NCBI GenBank assembly: GCA_963706595.1
Contig: OY970166.1
Coordinates: 2,784,001 to 2,848,000 of the forward strand
Source: an uncultured cyanobacterium
GTDB lineage: Bacteria > Cyanobacteriota > Cyanobacteriia > Cyanobacteriales > Nostocaceae
DNA length: 64,000 nt
Direction: 5' to 3'
The translations under genes were made by a program, and so were the position numbers. Positions 31,352 through 41,775 of this stretch are shown here, piece by piece (the stretch's first letter is position 1; every line of letters starts with the position of its first letter). Under the pieces are notes generated by a model. That model was given only the letters and a program-made list of their open reading frames with translations. It was not told the DNA's origin and did not search any database.

Positions 31352-31909
31352 TTAAACCAAATCGGCTTCTTCAAATACCTGTCTTGTAGTTAATTCTAAA
31401 CCAGGAAGGAGTGGATTTATGATCAGCATATTATCTATATAAACTTGACTCAATCCATCAAGTAAGAAAACTCGAATACTAACAGCTTCCGGGTCTAAAA
31501 CCCAAACGATTGATACACCCGCAGCTAAATAATCCTTCGCCTTCTCCTCAAATTCCTGCATAGTTTGGTCAGGTGAAATAATTTCAATTACCAATTCGGG
31601 AATCGCCGGACAAGCTTCATTCCGCTTCCAACTGGCGGGTAAACGTTCGTAGGAAATATAAGTTAAATCAGGAACAGGAACCCAATCTTTACCTCGACGC
31701 TTTAAAATAACAGCCCATTCTGTACCGACTCTACCTTTACCTTTACACCATAAACGAATCAGAACCAGTAAAGCGGCTTGTAAAGTTGAATGAAAAAATT
31801 TTGGAGACACTTTCGGGACGGCCTGACCATCAATAAACTCATAGTTTACATCGTCTTCTGGTAGGTTCAGAAATTCTTCTAGAGTCAGTTTTGTTTCAGT
31901 GTTAACCAT
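31352..31909 (-). CDS. Uma2 family (DUF820) endonuclease-like protein
   Basis: LTLEEF, YEFIDG, VPDL, PELVIEIISP, K...YL.AGV..VWVLDP. Confidence 0.92.
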   Translation of the reverse strand: MVNTETKLTLEEFLNLPEDDVNYEFIDGQAVPKVSPKFFHSTLQAALLVLIRLWCKGKGRVGTEWAVILKRRGKDWVPVPDLTYISYERLPASWKRNEACPAIPELVIEIISPDQTMQEFEEKAKDYLAAGVSIVWVLDPEAVSIRVFLLDGLSQVYIDNMLIINPLLPGLELTTRQVFEEADLV

Positions 31910-31992
31910 ACTTTTATCCTACACAGAGAAAAAGCGGGGAATGACAATCGTTAAAATTTATCCGGTATCACAGACGCGATCGCTTGACTGTT

Positions 31993-32139
31993 CTGACTTT
32001 TCACGTTGTGTGAAAAAGCTAACGCAAAACCTAACCCCCTAACCCCCTTCCCTACCAGGGAATGGGGAAAACTTAAAGCTTCTCTCCTTGCAGGGGAGAG
32101 GAATGAAAGCGGGGTTTTCCAGATCCCGTGAAAAGTCAG
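31993..32139. mobile_element. 147-bp MITE with 13-bp perfect TIRs and a 10-bp target duplication
   Basis: TIR CTGACTTTTCACG / CGTGAAAAGTCAG; direct repeat CTTGACTGTT at 31983-31992 and 32140-32149. Confidence 0.9.
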
Positions 32140-32200
32140 CTTGACTGTTGCTAAATTAACAAAGAATATGAGAATTAAACCCAGCTAGCTACAATCGCTC

Positions 32201-34219
32201 ATGATATCTAATTCTACTCGTTTCCCAGATGTGAAAAATCATTGGGCTGGACTATTCATCGAAGAGTTAGCCACACGGCGAATTTTAAATGGTTATCCTA
32301 ACGGGACTTTTCGACCAGATAACTCAGTCACTCGCGCTGAATTTGCCGCTATACTTGGAGCAGTATTTACAGTATCAGTAAAGCGTCAGTATGTCCCCTT
32401 CGCTGATGTCCCAGCTAATCACTGGGCGATAAATGCCATTAAAAAGGCTAACGAAACAGGATTTCTCGTCGGTTATCCTGACGGGCGTTTTCGTCCCAAT
32501 GACAGAATTTTCCGCAGCGATGTTTTAGTGGCGATGGTCAATGGCTTGGAGATAGCTGCGGCTGTTCCACCAGACTTGCTGAGTACGTTACCACAAATCT
32601 ATCAAGATGCTGGGAAGGTCCCTGGTTATGCTAGAAATCAGGTGGCGATCGCCACGAGAACACAATTAATAGCTAATTACCCGAATCTGAAATTATTTAA
32701 CCCGACTGTCGCTGCAACTCGTGCAGAAGTAGCAGTCATGGTCTATCAGGCTTTAGTTTATTTAGGTAAAGCTGATCAGATCGCTTCCAATTATATCATA
32801 GTTCCCCCCAAACTTGTACCCACTTCTAAAACAGTGAGCGTTAATCATCGGCGAGAGTTTCGGGGGGCGTGGTTGACAACAGTCTGGAATAGTGATTGGC
32901 CTTCCAAAGCCGGACTTTCCACAGCCGAACAACAAGCGGAATTTATCGAAATTGTCACTCGACTGCAAGCCTTGAATTTCAACGCCCTGATTTTACAGGT
33001 ACGTCCAGAGGGGGATGCTTTATATGCTTCCCAGTTAGAACCGTGGAGTGCTTGGTTGACAGGAACTCAAGGTATAGCACCACAACCATATTATGATCCT
33101 TTAGAGTTTGCGATCGCCGAATGTCACAAACGCAATATTGAACTTCATGCTTGGTTCAACCCCTACCGCGCCAAAACTAGCATTGCAGCTAGACCCAACG
33201 CCAGACCCCATATAGCTTTGACTAATCCCGAAGTCGTTTATCAATGGGGTAATCAACTATGGATGGACCCAGGAATTAAAATCGTCCAAGACCGGGCTTA
33301 TAACGTCATTATGGATGTTGTGCGCCGCTATGATATAGATGCAGTTCACCTAGACGATTATTTTTATCCCTATCCTATCCAGGGTCAGACCTTCCCCGAC
33401 AATCAAACCTATGCAGCATATAGATCAAATGGTGGTGGACTGAGTTTAGCAGACTGGCGACGGCAAAATGTTGACCAAATGGTATTGCGCCTATTTCAAG
33501 GAATCAAAGCCGCAAAACCCCACGTTAAATTCGGCATTAGTCCCTTTGGCATTTACCGACCAGGACAACCACCAGGAATCAGGGGCTTAGATGCTTATAA
33601 TGTCCTGTATGCTGATGCTAAAAAATGGTTAGAACAAGGCTGGGTGGATTATATGGCCCCTCAACTTTATTGGCGCATCGAACAAACAGCACAGAGTTAT
33701 CCCGTATTGCTGAAATGGTGGACAGAAATTAATCCTCAGCGACGACATATATATGTAGGGAACAATATCAGTCAACTCGATGGCAAAACTTGGAAAAATG
33801 ACGAGATTGACAAACAAGTTACGATTACGCGCAATCTAGCCGCTAACTTGTCATTGGGTAATATCTTTTTCAGCATGAATTCGATTAATCAAAATCGTCA
33901 GGGAATTGCTGACAGTTTCCGCAATTCCCTTTATGCCACCCCCGCCATAGTACCCCCTATGTCATGGCAGAATGGAACTGCACCAATACCACCCCATCGA
34001 ATACAAGTTGACAATCGTCGCCTCAGTTGGGACCCTGGGATTAATCAGTCGGTTCGTTCTTGGACACTTTATCGACAGACTGGTAACACTTGGATACTTC
34101 AGCGCATATTATCTGCTGGTACAACCTTCGCCACTGTGCAACAAGCCGGAACTTATGCAGTGTGTACAGTTGATAGGTTGGGGAATGAGAGTCAAGGTTT
34201 AATGATTACTGTGAGTTGA
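32201..34219 (+). CDS. SLH-domain protein with glycoside hydrolase-like (DUF187/GHL10) domain
   Basis: SLH repeats (F.DV..HWA, GYP.GTFRP...TRAE); EFRGAW, ELHAWFNPYR, HLDDYFYPY, DY.APQLYW. Confidence 0.92.
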   Translation: MISNSTRFPDVKNHWAGLFIEELATRRILNGYPNGTFRPDNSVTRAEFAAILGAVFTVSVKRQYVPFADVPANHWAINAIKKANETGFLVGYPDGRFRPNDRIFRSDVLVAMVNGLEIAAAVPPDLLSTLPQIYQDAGKVPGYARNQVAIATRTQLIANYPNLKLFNPTVAATRAEVAVMVYQALVYLGKADQIASNYIIVPPKLVPTSKTVSVNHRREFRGAWLTTVWNSDWPSKAGLSTAEQQAEFIEIVTRLQALNFNALILQVRPEGDALYASQLEPWSAWLTGTQGIAPQPYYDPLEFAIAECHKRNIELHAWFNPYRAKTSIAARPNARPHIALTNPEVVYQWGNQLWMDPGIKIVQDRAYNVIMDVVRRYDIDAVHLDDYFYPYPIQGQTFPDNQTYAAYRSNGGGLSLADWRRQNVDQMVLRLFQGIKAAKPHVKFGISPFGIYRPGQPPGIRGLDAYNVLYADAKKWLEQGWVDYMAPQLYWRIEQTAQSYPVLLKWWTEINPQRRHIYVGNNISQLDGKTWKNDEIDKQVTITRNLAANLSLGNIFFSMNSINQNRQGIADSFRNSLYATPAIVPPMSWQNGTAPIPPHRIQVDNRRLSWDPGINQSVRSWTLYRQTGNTWILQRILSAGTTFATVQQAGTYAVCTVDRLGNESQGLMITVS

Positions 34220-34261
34220 ATCAGTTATCAGTTATCAGTTATCAGTGAACAGTTATCAGTT
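34220..34261. repeat. Heptamer tandem repeat (ATCAGTT)n
   Basis: About 6 copies between convergent genes. Confidence 0.85.
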
Positions 34262-35231
34262 AACACTCAACAGAACAGTCGAATAAATGTAACCCTAATC
34301 GCTGGGAAAGTTCCTCACACACCTTGACTCCCCGGACGCTATTACCACGCACATCTAACAATGGTGAAAATACACCAATCCCCATTTTGTGGGGTACAAC
34401 TGCCATAATTCCCCCACAAACCCCACTTTTAGCCGGAATGCCAACGTTGTAAGCCCACTCACCAGCAAAGTTATACATCCCGCAGGTGTTCATGACGCTG
34501 AGAATATCTTTGATGTAACGACTATCTACCGCTTGTTCCCCTGTAACAGGGTTAATACCTTTGTTCGCAAGGGTAGCCGCCATTACCGCTAAATCTTGGC
34601 AGTTTACCATCACAGCGCACTGTTGAAAGTAAAGATCCAATGTTTCTTCAATATTTTGGTCAATCATGCCAAAATTCAGCATGAGGTGGGCTATAGCGCG
34701 GTTGCGATGTCCCGTACTGCGTTCAGAGGTAAAAACGGAGATATCCACAAGTGCATCGTGTCCGGTGTATTTGCGAAACATCTCCAGCACCCGGTTTAAG
34801 CGTTCGGTCGCCCCAGATCCTTTGATTAAACTGGTAGTGGCGATCGCACCTGCATTTACCATTGGGTTATAAGGTCGCTTCGATGTTTCATCCAGAATAA
34901 TGGCGTTAAACGCGTCTCCTGTTGGTTCAACACCCACTCTAGTTAAAACATAATCTCGTCCATGATCTTCTAAAGCCAGTCCATAAGCAAACACCTTAGA
35001 AATAGACTGGATAGTAAATTGTTGTTGATAATCCCCCACTTGGTGAATTTGGCCATCTACAGTCACAATACAAATGCTGAATAACTCCGGATTGACCTTC
35101 GCCAGTTCTGGAATATAGTTTGCTAATGTACCCTCTGTTTGCGACTTGTATTTAGAATACAACTCGTTGAGAACAGCTAAAAATGGCGCTGAGACGATTT
35201 CTAAATCTTCGGAATTTGCTTGATTTGCCAT
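34260..35231 (-). CDS. glsA: Glutaminase A
   Basis: [37 protein letters not shown]. Confidence 0.96.
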   Translation of the reverse strand: MANQANSEDLEIVSAPFLAVLNELYSKYKSQTEGTLANYIPELAKVNPELFSICIVTVDGQIHQVGDYQQQFTIQSISKVFAYGLALEDHGRDYVLTRVGVEPTGDAFNAIILDETSKRPYNPMVNAGAIATTSLIKGSGATERLNRVLEMFRKYTGHDALVDISVFTSERSTGHRNRAIAHLMLNFGMIDQNIEETLDLYFQQCAVMVNCQDLAVMAATLANKGINPVTGEQAVDSRYIKDILSVMNTCGMYNFAGEWAYNVGIPAKSGVCGGIMAVVPHKMGIGVFSPLLDVRGNSVRGVKVCEELSQRLGLHLFDCSVEC

Positions 35232-35291
35232 GAGGCTGATGGTTTACTCTGAAAAATCATATTTTAGTCAATATGGCAAGCGAAAATGCCC

Positions 35292-35305
35292 GTACTTTTT
35301 GCTAC
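35292..35305. promoter_or_regulatory. Candidate NtcA box upstream of glsA
   Basis: GTA-CTTTTTGC-TAC (GTAN8TAC), 61 nt upstream of the start codon. Confidence 0.4.
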
Positions 35306-36030
35306 ATAGGTTTTCGTCTATTCATGCCATGGAAACTTTTTTTTATTGTCTCACCATTGATTTTATTTTGTTGGTAGAAAACTTTTAGTTACCAAATCAT
35401 CCCAATTGCTTATGTATATTTGGCAAAGCAAGAAGATAATTTAAATACTAAATTTTGGATTAATTTACGTGTAATTACGTTTTATAGATATAAGAAGTTC
35501 ACTTCAATCTAGCAGCCATCCTCTAGCTGATTGAAAATCTGTAATTCCTGTAAGTCTTGATACACAGTATTTACAGTCGGATGGACAAAATTCATTGACC
35601 AAATACAATGAAGCATTTGCACCGCATTTTGGGGAAAATATATCGAATTTTTATCTACATTATTTAAGAAAATTATATGTTCTTTAAACTACATTTTTAT
35701 ATAAGGAGTCTTACAGCCAATTTTCAACCGCCACAATGTTAAAGTTTCGTATTAAAAATTTTATTAATTGAAAAAAACGTTACATAGTCAAAATCCTCAT
35801 TCAAGAACGGTTCTACCCTAGAAATTGAAATTTAAATTGAATCAAATGATGTATATCTACGCTAAAACCCTGATCCCCAAGCTTAAAAATTCATGTTAAT
35901 CTGTTGCAGTTAATAAACAAAAAGTGAGAGCAGAACCAGTTCCAGTTATTAGGAATACGTCACTTTCAGTGGCAAAAAATCCCACCAACTTAGAAACCTC
36001 TGCTCTATAGTCGCTTTAAAAATCGGACGC

Positions 36031-37140
36031 ATGAATCAAAGATATTTGTGGACTATTGTCGCCCTGTTTCTGACTGCTGTGGGTATGCCCTCAGTCGGTC
36101 ATACTCAAACTACTACGACAAAGGAAACTACTCCAGTTTCTCAAAAATCATCGGTTAGTGATGCCGTTAAAGTAGGAGAGTTTAAAACCTCAGCAGGGAA
36201 ATCTACCTCTGATGCTGTGATGATTACAAACATTCATTCTCACAACATTGGAGATCGTAAGGCGGCAACCCTGTTTATCAAAAACATTCCAGTTCTCACC
36301 TTTTTGAGTTCTCAGCCAGTTGCGAGTGTTGATACAAAAGTTGGTGTAATTGGAGATAATGAGGGACAACAGTCGTATGCCCTAATTGCGGGTAACTCAG
36401 CCAAGTTAACCAATGTCGGGAGTTTTACGAATGCGAGAAACCAAAAGAAATCGCTTCATGATGACCCGGTTCATAGAGCTGGTTTAATAGCAGCTAGTAT
36501 TAACCAGATAGTCCGCAATAGTGAGGACGCTGAACAAATTACCGTCAGTTGGAAGGGCGAGGGCGAATCTACAGCCAATCAAGCCCAGAATAAAAGTGCC
36601 TCTGTCCAACAACAGCCAAAGGAACGGTATACGATCAAAATTAATGACCAAGAATTGGTAGAAATCAATGCAAAAACTATCCTAGCAGGTACTACCGATA
36701 ATCTTGCCCAAGACGCATTGCAAGCAACTAATCGCTTGCGGAGACTGATTGGCGATGCTTCTCCCATCACGGAAATTGCTGGTTTACCAGAACTCACCAG
36801 AATTTCTATGCCACAGCAGGGACAGCAAATCGCCAACAATATCCGACTCAGTTTCCGAGGCATAGCTTCCTTTTACGGTCGCGGTTTCGCTGGTAGACCG
36901 ACTGCAACTGGTGAGAGATTTAATCCAGAAGCGATGACTGCCGCCCATCGTAGCTTACCCTTTGGGACAAGAGTCCGTGTCACCAACACCCGCAATGGTC
37001 GTTCTGTTGTCGTGCGAATCAATGACCGTGGACCATTCATTCGGGGTCGAGTCATCGATGTATCTACTGGTGCAGCTAGAGCTATAGGCATGATTAACAG
37101 TGGTGTTGCACCAGTCAAGATTGAAGTTCTGGGGAGATAA
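36031..37140 (+). CDS. rlpA: Septal ring lytic transglycosylase RlpA family protein
   Basis: C-terminal DPBB domain: ASFYG..F.GRPTA.GERF, TAAHRSLPFGT, VRINDRGPF. Confidence 0.9.
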   Translation: MNQRYLWTIVALFLTAVGMPSVGHTQTTTTKETTPVSQKSSVSDAVKVGEFKTSAGKSTSDAVMITNIHSHNIGDRKAATLFIKNIPVLTFLSSQPVASVDTKVGVIGDNEGQQSYALIAGNSAKLTNVGSFTNARNQKKSLHDDPVHRAGLIAASINQIVRNSEDAEQITVSWKGEGESTANQAQNKSASVQQQPKERYTIKINDQELVEINAKTILAGTTDNLAQDALQATNRLRRLIGDASPITEIAGLPELTRISMPQQGQQIANNIRLSFRGIASFYGRGFAGRPTATGERFNPEAMTAAHRSLPFGTRVRVTNTRNGRSVVVRINDRGPFIRGRVIDVSTGAARAIGMINSGVAPVKIEVLGR

Positions 37141-37189
37141 TTCTTCAAAGTAGGACAAAGGGACAAGGAGGACAGGCAATTCTTCACCG

Positions 37190-37402
37190 CCTACTCCCTA
37201 CTCCCCAGAAGAGGCAGGGGAGCAGGGCGCACCGGAGTAAGGGGGAGTTAAGAGGCAGGGGTGCGGGGTGCAGGGTGCAAGGGGGAGTAAAAAATTACTT
37301 TAAACTTCCGGTTACTTAGCAAGCATTCTTCTTCTCCCCTGCCCCCTGCCCCCTGCCCCCGTTCCTCTTCTCCCCTGCCCCCTGCCCCCTGCCCCCCTGC
37401 CT
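37190..37402. repeat. STRR-rich intergenic region (CCCCTGC and related heptamers, inverted arrangement)
   Basis: Tandem CCCCTGC copies and complementary GCAGGGG copies. Confidence 0.75.
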
Positions 37403-37473
37403 CATTCCACCCATTCCCCTATTTCAGATATAAACTAACGGGGGAGAGGCTTAAAAAGAACTAGGGGAATTTT

Positions 37474-39078
37474 GTGCGCCTGCTGACAACAGTCGCAGCT
37501 TTACGCTGCTATTTAAATAAACGCTGTGCAGAAAATCAGCTAAGGGTTCCAGAAGATTTGGAACTAGATGAGATAACTAGCTGGTACCAGACGGCTGTCG
37601 GTTTGGTGCCAACGATGGGAGGATTACATCAAGGTCATTTAAGCTTGATTAAAAGAGCCAAGCAAGAAAATTCTACGGTGATTGTCAGTATTTTTGTCAA
37701 TCCCCTGCAATTTGGTCCCCATGAGGATTATGAACGTTATCCCCGGACTTTAGAGCTAGACCAACAACTCTGTAGACAAGCAGGAGTAGATGCGATTTTT
37801 GCACCCACTCCGGAAGAAATGGGTGTTTCTCAGAAAAGTCTTCAAGAATCTCAAGTTACACAAGTCACGCCTCCATCTGCTATGATGTTAGGTTTGTGTG
37901 GTCGTTCTCGGACAGGTCACTTTCAGGGTGTAGCAACGATTGTTACCAAGCTTTTGAATTTGGTACAACCTGACCGAGCCTACTTTGGACAAAAAGATGG
38001 TCAACAACTGGCTATTATTAGACGGCTGGTGGCTGATTTGAATTTGCCAGTAGAGGTTGTTGCTTGTGCAACGGTGCGGGAAGCTTCGGGTCTAGCTTTA
38101 AGTTCTCGTAACCAATATTTGACTGCACGAGAAAAAGAGCAAGCAGCAGTTTTATATCGAGGTTTACGGGCTAGTTTAGCTGCATTCAAGGCTGGTGTTC
38201 GTGACAGCAGCGAGTTGATAGCAGTGGTACAGCGAGAACTGGCAAAGGTTAGTAATCTAATCGTGGAATATATTGAATTGGTGGAACCGACTACGTTAAT
38301 GTCTTTAGAAACAGTTGAGGAGGAAGGAATGCTGGCGATCGCAGCTCGTCTTGGTTCGACACGTTTGATTGATAATATGATCTTGAGCGATCGCCAACCC
38401 ATCATCGCTATCGATGGACCAGCAGGGGCTGGCAAGTCCACAGTGGCTCGTCAAGTAGCAACCAAGCTTGGTTTAGTGTATCTGGACACAGGGGCTATGT
38501 ACCGCGCTGTGACTTGGCTGGTGCTACAACAAGGTATTGCCATTGATGATGAATATGCAATTGGGGAATTAGTCAGTCAGTGTAACATTGAACTTACCCC
38601 CAGCCATGATCTGCAATCTCCTGTCAGAGTTTGGATTAATGGTACTGATGTCACTCAGGCAATTCGCACAATTGAGGTGACATCCCAAGTATCAGCAATA
38701 GCTGCACAAAGTGCTGTGCGTCAAGCACTCGTTAAACAACAGCAAAGCTGGGGTAAAAAAGGTGGTTTAGTCGCAGAAGGTCGAGACATTGGGACTCATG
38801 TATTCCCCGATGCCGAAGTTAAAATATTTTTAACCGCCTCAGTCAGTGAACGCGCCCATCGTCGTCAGCAAGACTTTCAAGAACAGGGTCAACCCGAAGT
38901 GAATTTAGAGCAGCTAAAACAGGACATCGCTGAACGTGACTGGAAAGATAGCACTCGTAAAGTTTCACCTTTACAAAAAGCAGCAGATGCAGTTGAAATC
39001 CAGTCTGATGGTCTTAACGTCTCTGAAGTCACAGCCCAAATCGTTAATTACTACCAACAACGCTTATCTCAGTTGTAG
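37474..39078 (+). CDS. panC/cmk: Bifunctional pantoate-beta-alanine ligase / cytidylate kinase
   Basis: VPTMGGLHQGH, FGQKD, LALSSRN, RLIDN; then IDGPAGAGKST, LDTGAMYRA, EGRDIGT. Confidence 0.96.
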   Translation: MRLLTTVAALRCYLNKRCAENQLRVPEDLELDEITSWYQTAVGLVPTMGGLHQGHLSLIKRAKQENSTVIVSIFVNPLQFGPHEDYERYPRTLELDQQLCRQAGVDAIFAPTPEEMGVSQKSLQESQVTQVTPPSAMMLGLCGRSRTGHFQGVATIVTKLLNLVQPDRAYFGQKDGQQLAIIRRLVADLNLPVEVVACATVREASGLALSSRNQYLTAREKEQAAVLYRGLRASLAAFKAGVRDSSELIAVVQRELAKVSNLIVEYIELVEPTTLMSLETVEEEGMLAIAARLGSTRLIDNMILSDRQPIIAIDGPAGAGKSTVARQVATKLGLVYLDTGAMYRAVTWLVLQQGIAIDDEYAIGELVSQCNIELTPSHDLQSPVRVWINGTDVTQAIRTIEVTSQVSAIAAQSAVRQALVKQQQSWGKKGGLVAEGRDIGTHVFPDAEVKIFLTASVSERAHRRQQDFQEQGQPEVNLEQLKQDIAERDWKDSTRKVSPLQKAADAVEIQSDGLNVSEVTAQIVNYYQQRLSQL

Positions 39079-39110
39079 TAACCGTAATTTAATATTACTT
39101 CTTCGCTAAA

Positions 39111-39143
39111 GATAATGGTGAGCAGTTCTACCTCACCATTATC
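39111..39143. terminator. Hairpin downstream of panC/cmk
   Basis: GATAATGGTGAG...CTCACCATTATC perfect 12-bp stem. Confidence 0.55.
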
Positions 39144-39372
39144 AAAATCATGCCAAAAATCTTATTTATAATTATTACTTCAGAGGAAGATAGGAATTTA
39201 GGTTAAATAGCACAGTATTTTGTCGCAATCCTCCCTTTGGTAGTAGAATAACGATGTTAAGTTTTATATCCTGTACTAATTGGATATACGACGCATACGC
39301 ATAAAACCTGTCGTTTCCTAAGTTGTGACAACAGCTTGAAACTGGAAAACAGTAAAGAGAGGATTTGATAAA

Positions 39373-39975
39373 ATGGCATTTACACAGCCCCCCTTACCTT
39401 ACGATTTTAATGCTCTAGAAGCATACGGTATGAAAGGCGAAACCTTTGAGTATCACTATGGCAAACATCATGCAGCCTATGTGACCAACTTAAACAAGCT
39501 GACTGACGGAACAGAACTGGCTGACAAGTCTCTAGAAGAAGTAATCCAAATTGCCTTTAAAGACTCCTCGAAAATGGGAATCTTTAATAATGGCGCTCAA
39601 GTTTGGAATCACAGCTTTTTCTGGAATTGTTTAAAGCCCGCAGGTGGTGGCGCACCCACCGGCGACTTAGCAGCCAAGATTAATCAGGATTTTGGTAGCT
39701 TCGACAAATTCAAAGAAGAATTTTCTAACGCGGCTGCAACTCAGTTCGGTAGTGGTTGGGCTTGGTTAATTGATGATGGTGGAACTCTGAAGGTGATGAA
39801 GACACCAAATGCAGAGAACCCCTTAGCTCATGGCAAAAAGGCACTCTTAACCTTGGATGTCTGGGAACACGCCTATTACATCGACCATAGAAATGCTCGT
39901 CCTGCTTTTATCAAGAACTTTTTAGAGCAATTGGTAAATTGGGACTTTGCTGCTGAAAATTACGCTAAAGCTTAA
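39373..39975 (+). CDS. sodB: Superoxide dismutase [Fe]
   Basis: HYGKHH, AQVWNHSFFW, QFGSGWAWL, DVWEHAYY. Confidence 0.95.
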   Translation: MAFTQPPLPYDFNALEAYGMKGETFEYHYGKHHAAYVTNLNKLTDGTELADKSLEEVIQIAFKDSSKMGIFNNGAQVWNHSFFWNCLKPAGGGAPTGDLAAKINQDFGSFDKFKEEFSNAAATQFGSGWAWLIDDGGTLKVMKTPNAENPLAHGKKALLTLDVWEHAYYIDHRNARPAFIKNFLEQLVNWDFAAENYAKA

Positions 39976-40060
39976 TAATCTGTCAGTTTGTCCATGACTT
40001 CCATGCTGGCTGATTCCAGATATTTCCAGCAGTAAAAATCAGTGAATTGACGAATACTGC

Positions 40061-40092
40061 AAGCAGTCACGAATAGTATCGTGGCTGTTTTT
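40061..40092 (+). terminator. Intrinsic terminator after sodB
   Basis: AAGCAGTCACGA...TCGTGGCTGTTTTT. Confidence 0.65.
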
Positions 40093-40130
40093 GCTTACTC
40101 ATGTATCGTAAACGTAGTGAGGTCAAAAAT

Positions 40131-40337
40131 ATGGATAGTACAGAACTAGCAAAATATCTAGAATCAACAAATAGCATTGCCAAGCCTTGGCTACTAGTAC
40201 AGCTGCGGCTGAAGAAATTACAAGAACGCCGCGCTAATATTTCCGAAGATACTTACGCCAATGAGTTGGCAGACATCCACGAAGATTTGATGCACTTGGG
40301 TGAATGGTGGCGTGGTCTGGAAGAGGAAGTCTTTTAG
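40131..40337 (+). CDS. Conserved small cyanobacterial hypothetical protein
   Basis: MDSTELAKYLE...KPWLLVQLRL...LGEWW; probable start 40131. Confidence 0.75.
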   Translation: MDSTELAKYLESTNSIAKPWLLVQLRLKKLQERRANISEDTYANELADIHEDLMHLGEWWRGLEEEVF

Positions 40338-40345
40338 TGCCTCCT

Positions 40346-40409
40346 TGACTATGGACTATGAACTATGGACTAATGACTAATGACTAATGACTAATGACTA
40401 ATGACTATG
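40346..40409. repeat. Heptamer tandem repeat (TGACTAA/GGACTAT)n
   Basis: About 9 copies abutting the purM start. Confidence 0.85.
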
Positions 40410-41436
40410 GATTATCGGGATGCTGGGGTTGATGTTGAGGCAGGTAGAGCCTTTGTAGACCAAATTCGCAATTTAGTTCACAGGTACTTTTAGACCAGAA
40501 GTAATTGGTGGACTAGGTGGTTTTGGTGGTTGCTTCCAACTACCAGGGGGTTTTAAAGAACCAGTGTTGGTTTCGGGGACTGATGGTGTCGGCACAAAGT
40601 TGAAAATCGCTCAGGTTCTCAACCGACATGATACAGTTGGCATTGATTTAGTGGCGATGTGTGTTAACGATGTGTTGACATCAGGTGCAGAACCACTGTT
40701 TTTTTTAGATTATGTGGCTACCAGTAAATTAGAACCAGAACAACTAACTCAGGTGGTAGCGGGGATAGCTTCTGGGTGTAGGTTGGCGGGTTGCGCTTTA
40801 TTGGGAGGAGAAACCGCAGAAATGCCGGGTTTCTACCAAGTGGGTGAGTATGATTTGGCTGGGTTCTGTGTGGGAATTGTGGAAAAAAGCCAGATGTTGG
40901 ATAGTTCTCAGGTGCAAATTGGCGATATTGCGATCGCACTTCCTAGCACTGGTGTACACAGCAATGGCTTAAGTTTAGTGCGGAAAATTGTTGACTCCAA
41001 ATCATTGGCTTGGGATGAACGCCCAGAATTATTAGGTGGTGAAACTATCGCCGAAGCTTTCCTCAAACCGACACAAATTTATGTCAAGCCTGTTCTAGCA
41101 GCTCGTCAAGCCGAGTTAGAAATTCATGGTATGGCTCATATTACAGGTGGTGGCTTACCAGAGAATTTGCCCAGATGTTTAGGTAAAAATCAAAGCATTC
41201 AAATTCACGCCAATAGTTGGACTATTCCGCCGATATTTCAGTGGCTAGCTGAAGTCGGCTCAGTCAGCGCCGAAGCTATGTACAATACTTTCAATATGGG
41301 AATTGGGTTTGTGCTGTTAGTACCACCCCATCAAGTAGAACAGACAATCACCTTTTTTAAATCACAGGATATTTCCGCTTTGGCAATTGGTGAAGTTATT
41401 GCAGGTTCTGGTACATTAGCAGGTCTGCCATCATAG
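40407..41436 (+). CDS. purM: Phosphoribosylformylglycinamidine cyclo-ligase, apparent 1-bp insertion near 40483
   Basis: [13 protein letters not shown] from 40407 reaches TAG at 40491; another frame continues with [38 protein letters not shown]. Confidence 0.93.
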
Positions 41437-41775
41437 CACAAATTCTGCTCTCGTGCAATTTGTCGGCAATTGGATGCAACATTGTTCGTGCGTCTATCCT
41501 TGTAGAGACGCGATTTATCGCGTCTAATTCGCTAATCAATTTAATCCGTAGTCAAATATGTCCAGAAAAATTTTTTACTAGCTTTATATCAGCAATTGGA
41601 AATACTCATGACCATCAGCATTGAGATTTGCTAAGGTAGTCTTAACATATTGAAAAATTTGGCTAATAAGGCTGAGAAAATAATTACTGACACTTTGAAG
41701 TGCTGGAGTTATTTTTACCTCTAGGTGTGCGGTGTTGGTGTATGGACAATAAAGTATTTTCATTGATAAAAGATT

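Noticed and set aside
31352..31909. Uma2 nuclease as the partner of the orphan methyltransferase or a defence system
   Set aside because: It lies 26 kb away, and DUF820 genes are highly multicopy stand-alone genes in cyanobacteria.
39111..39143. Fur box upstream of sodB (GATAAT...ATTATC)
   Set aside because: The half-sites are 21 nt apart and form the ends of a 12-bp hairpin right after panC/cmk; better explained as a terminator or processing stem.
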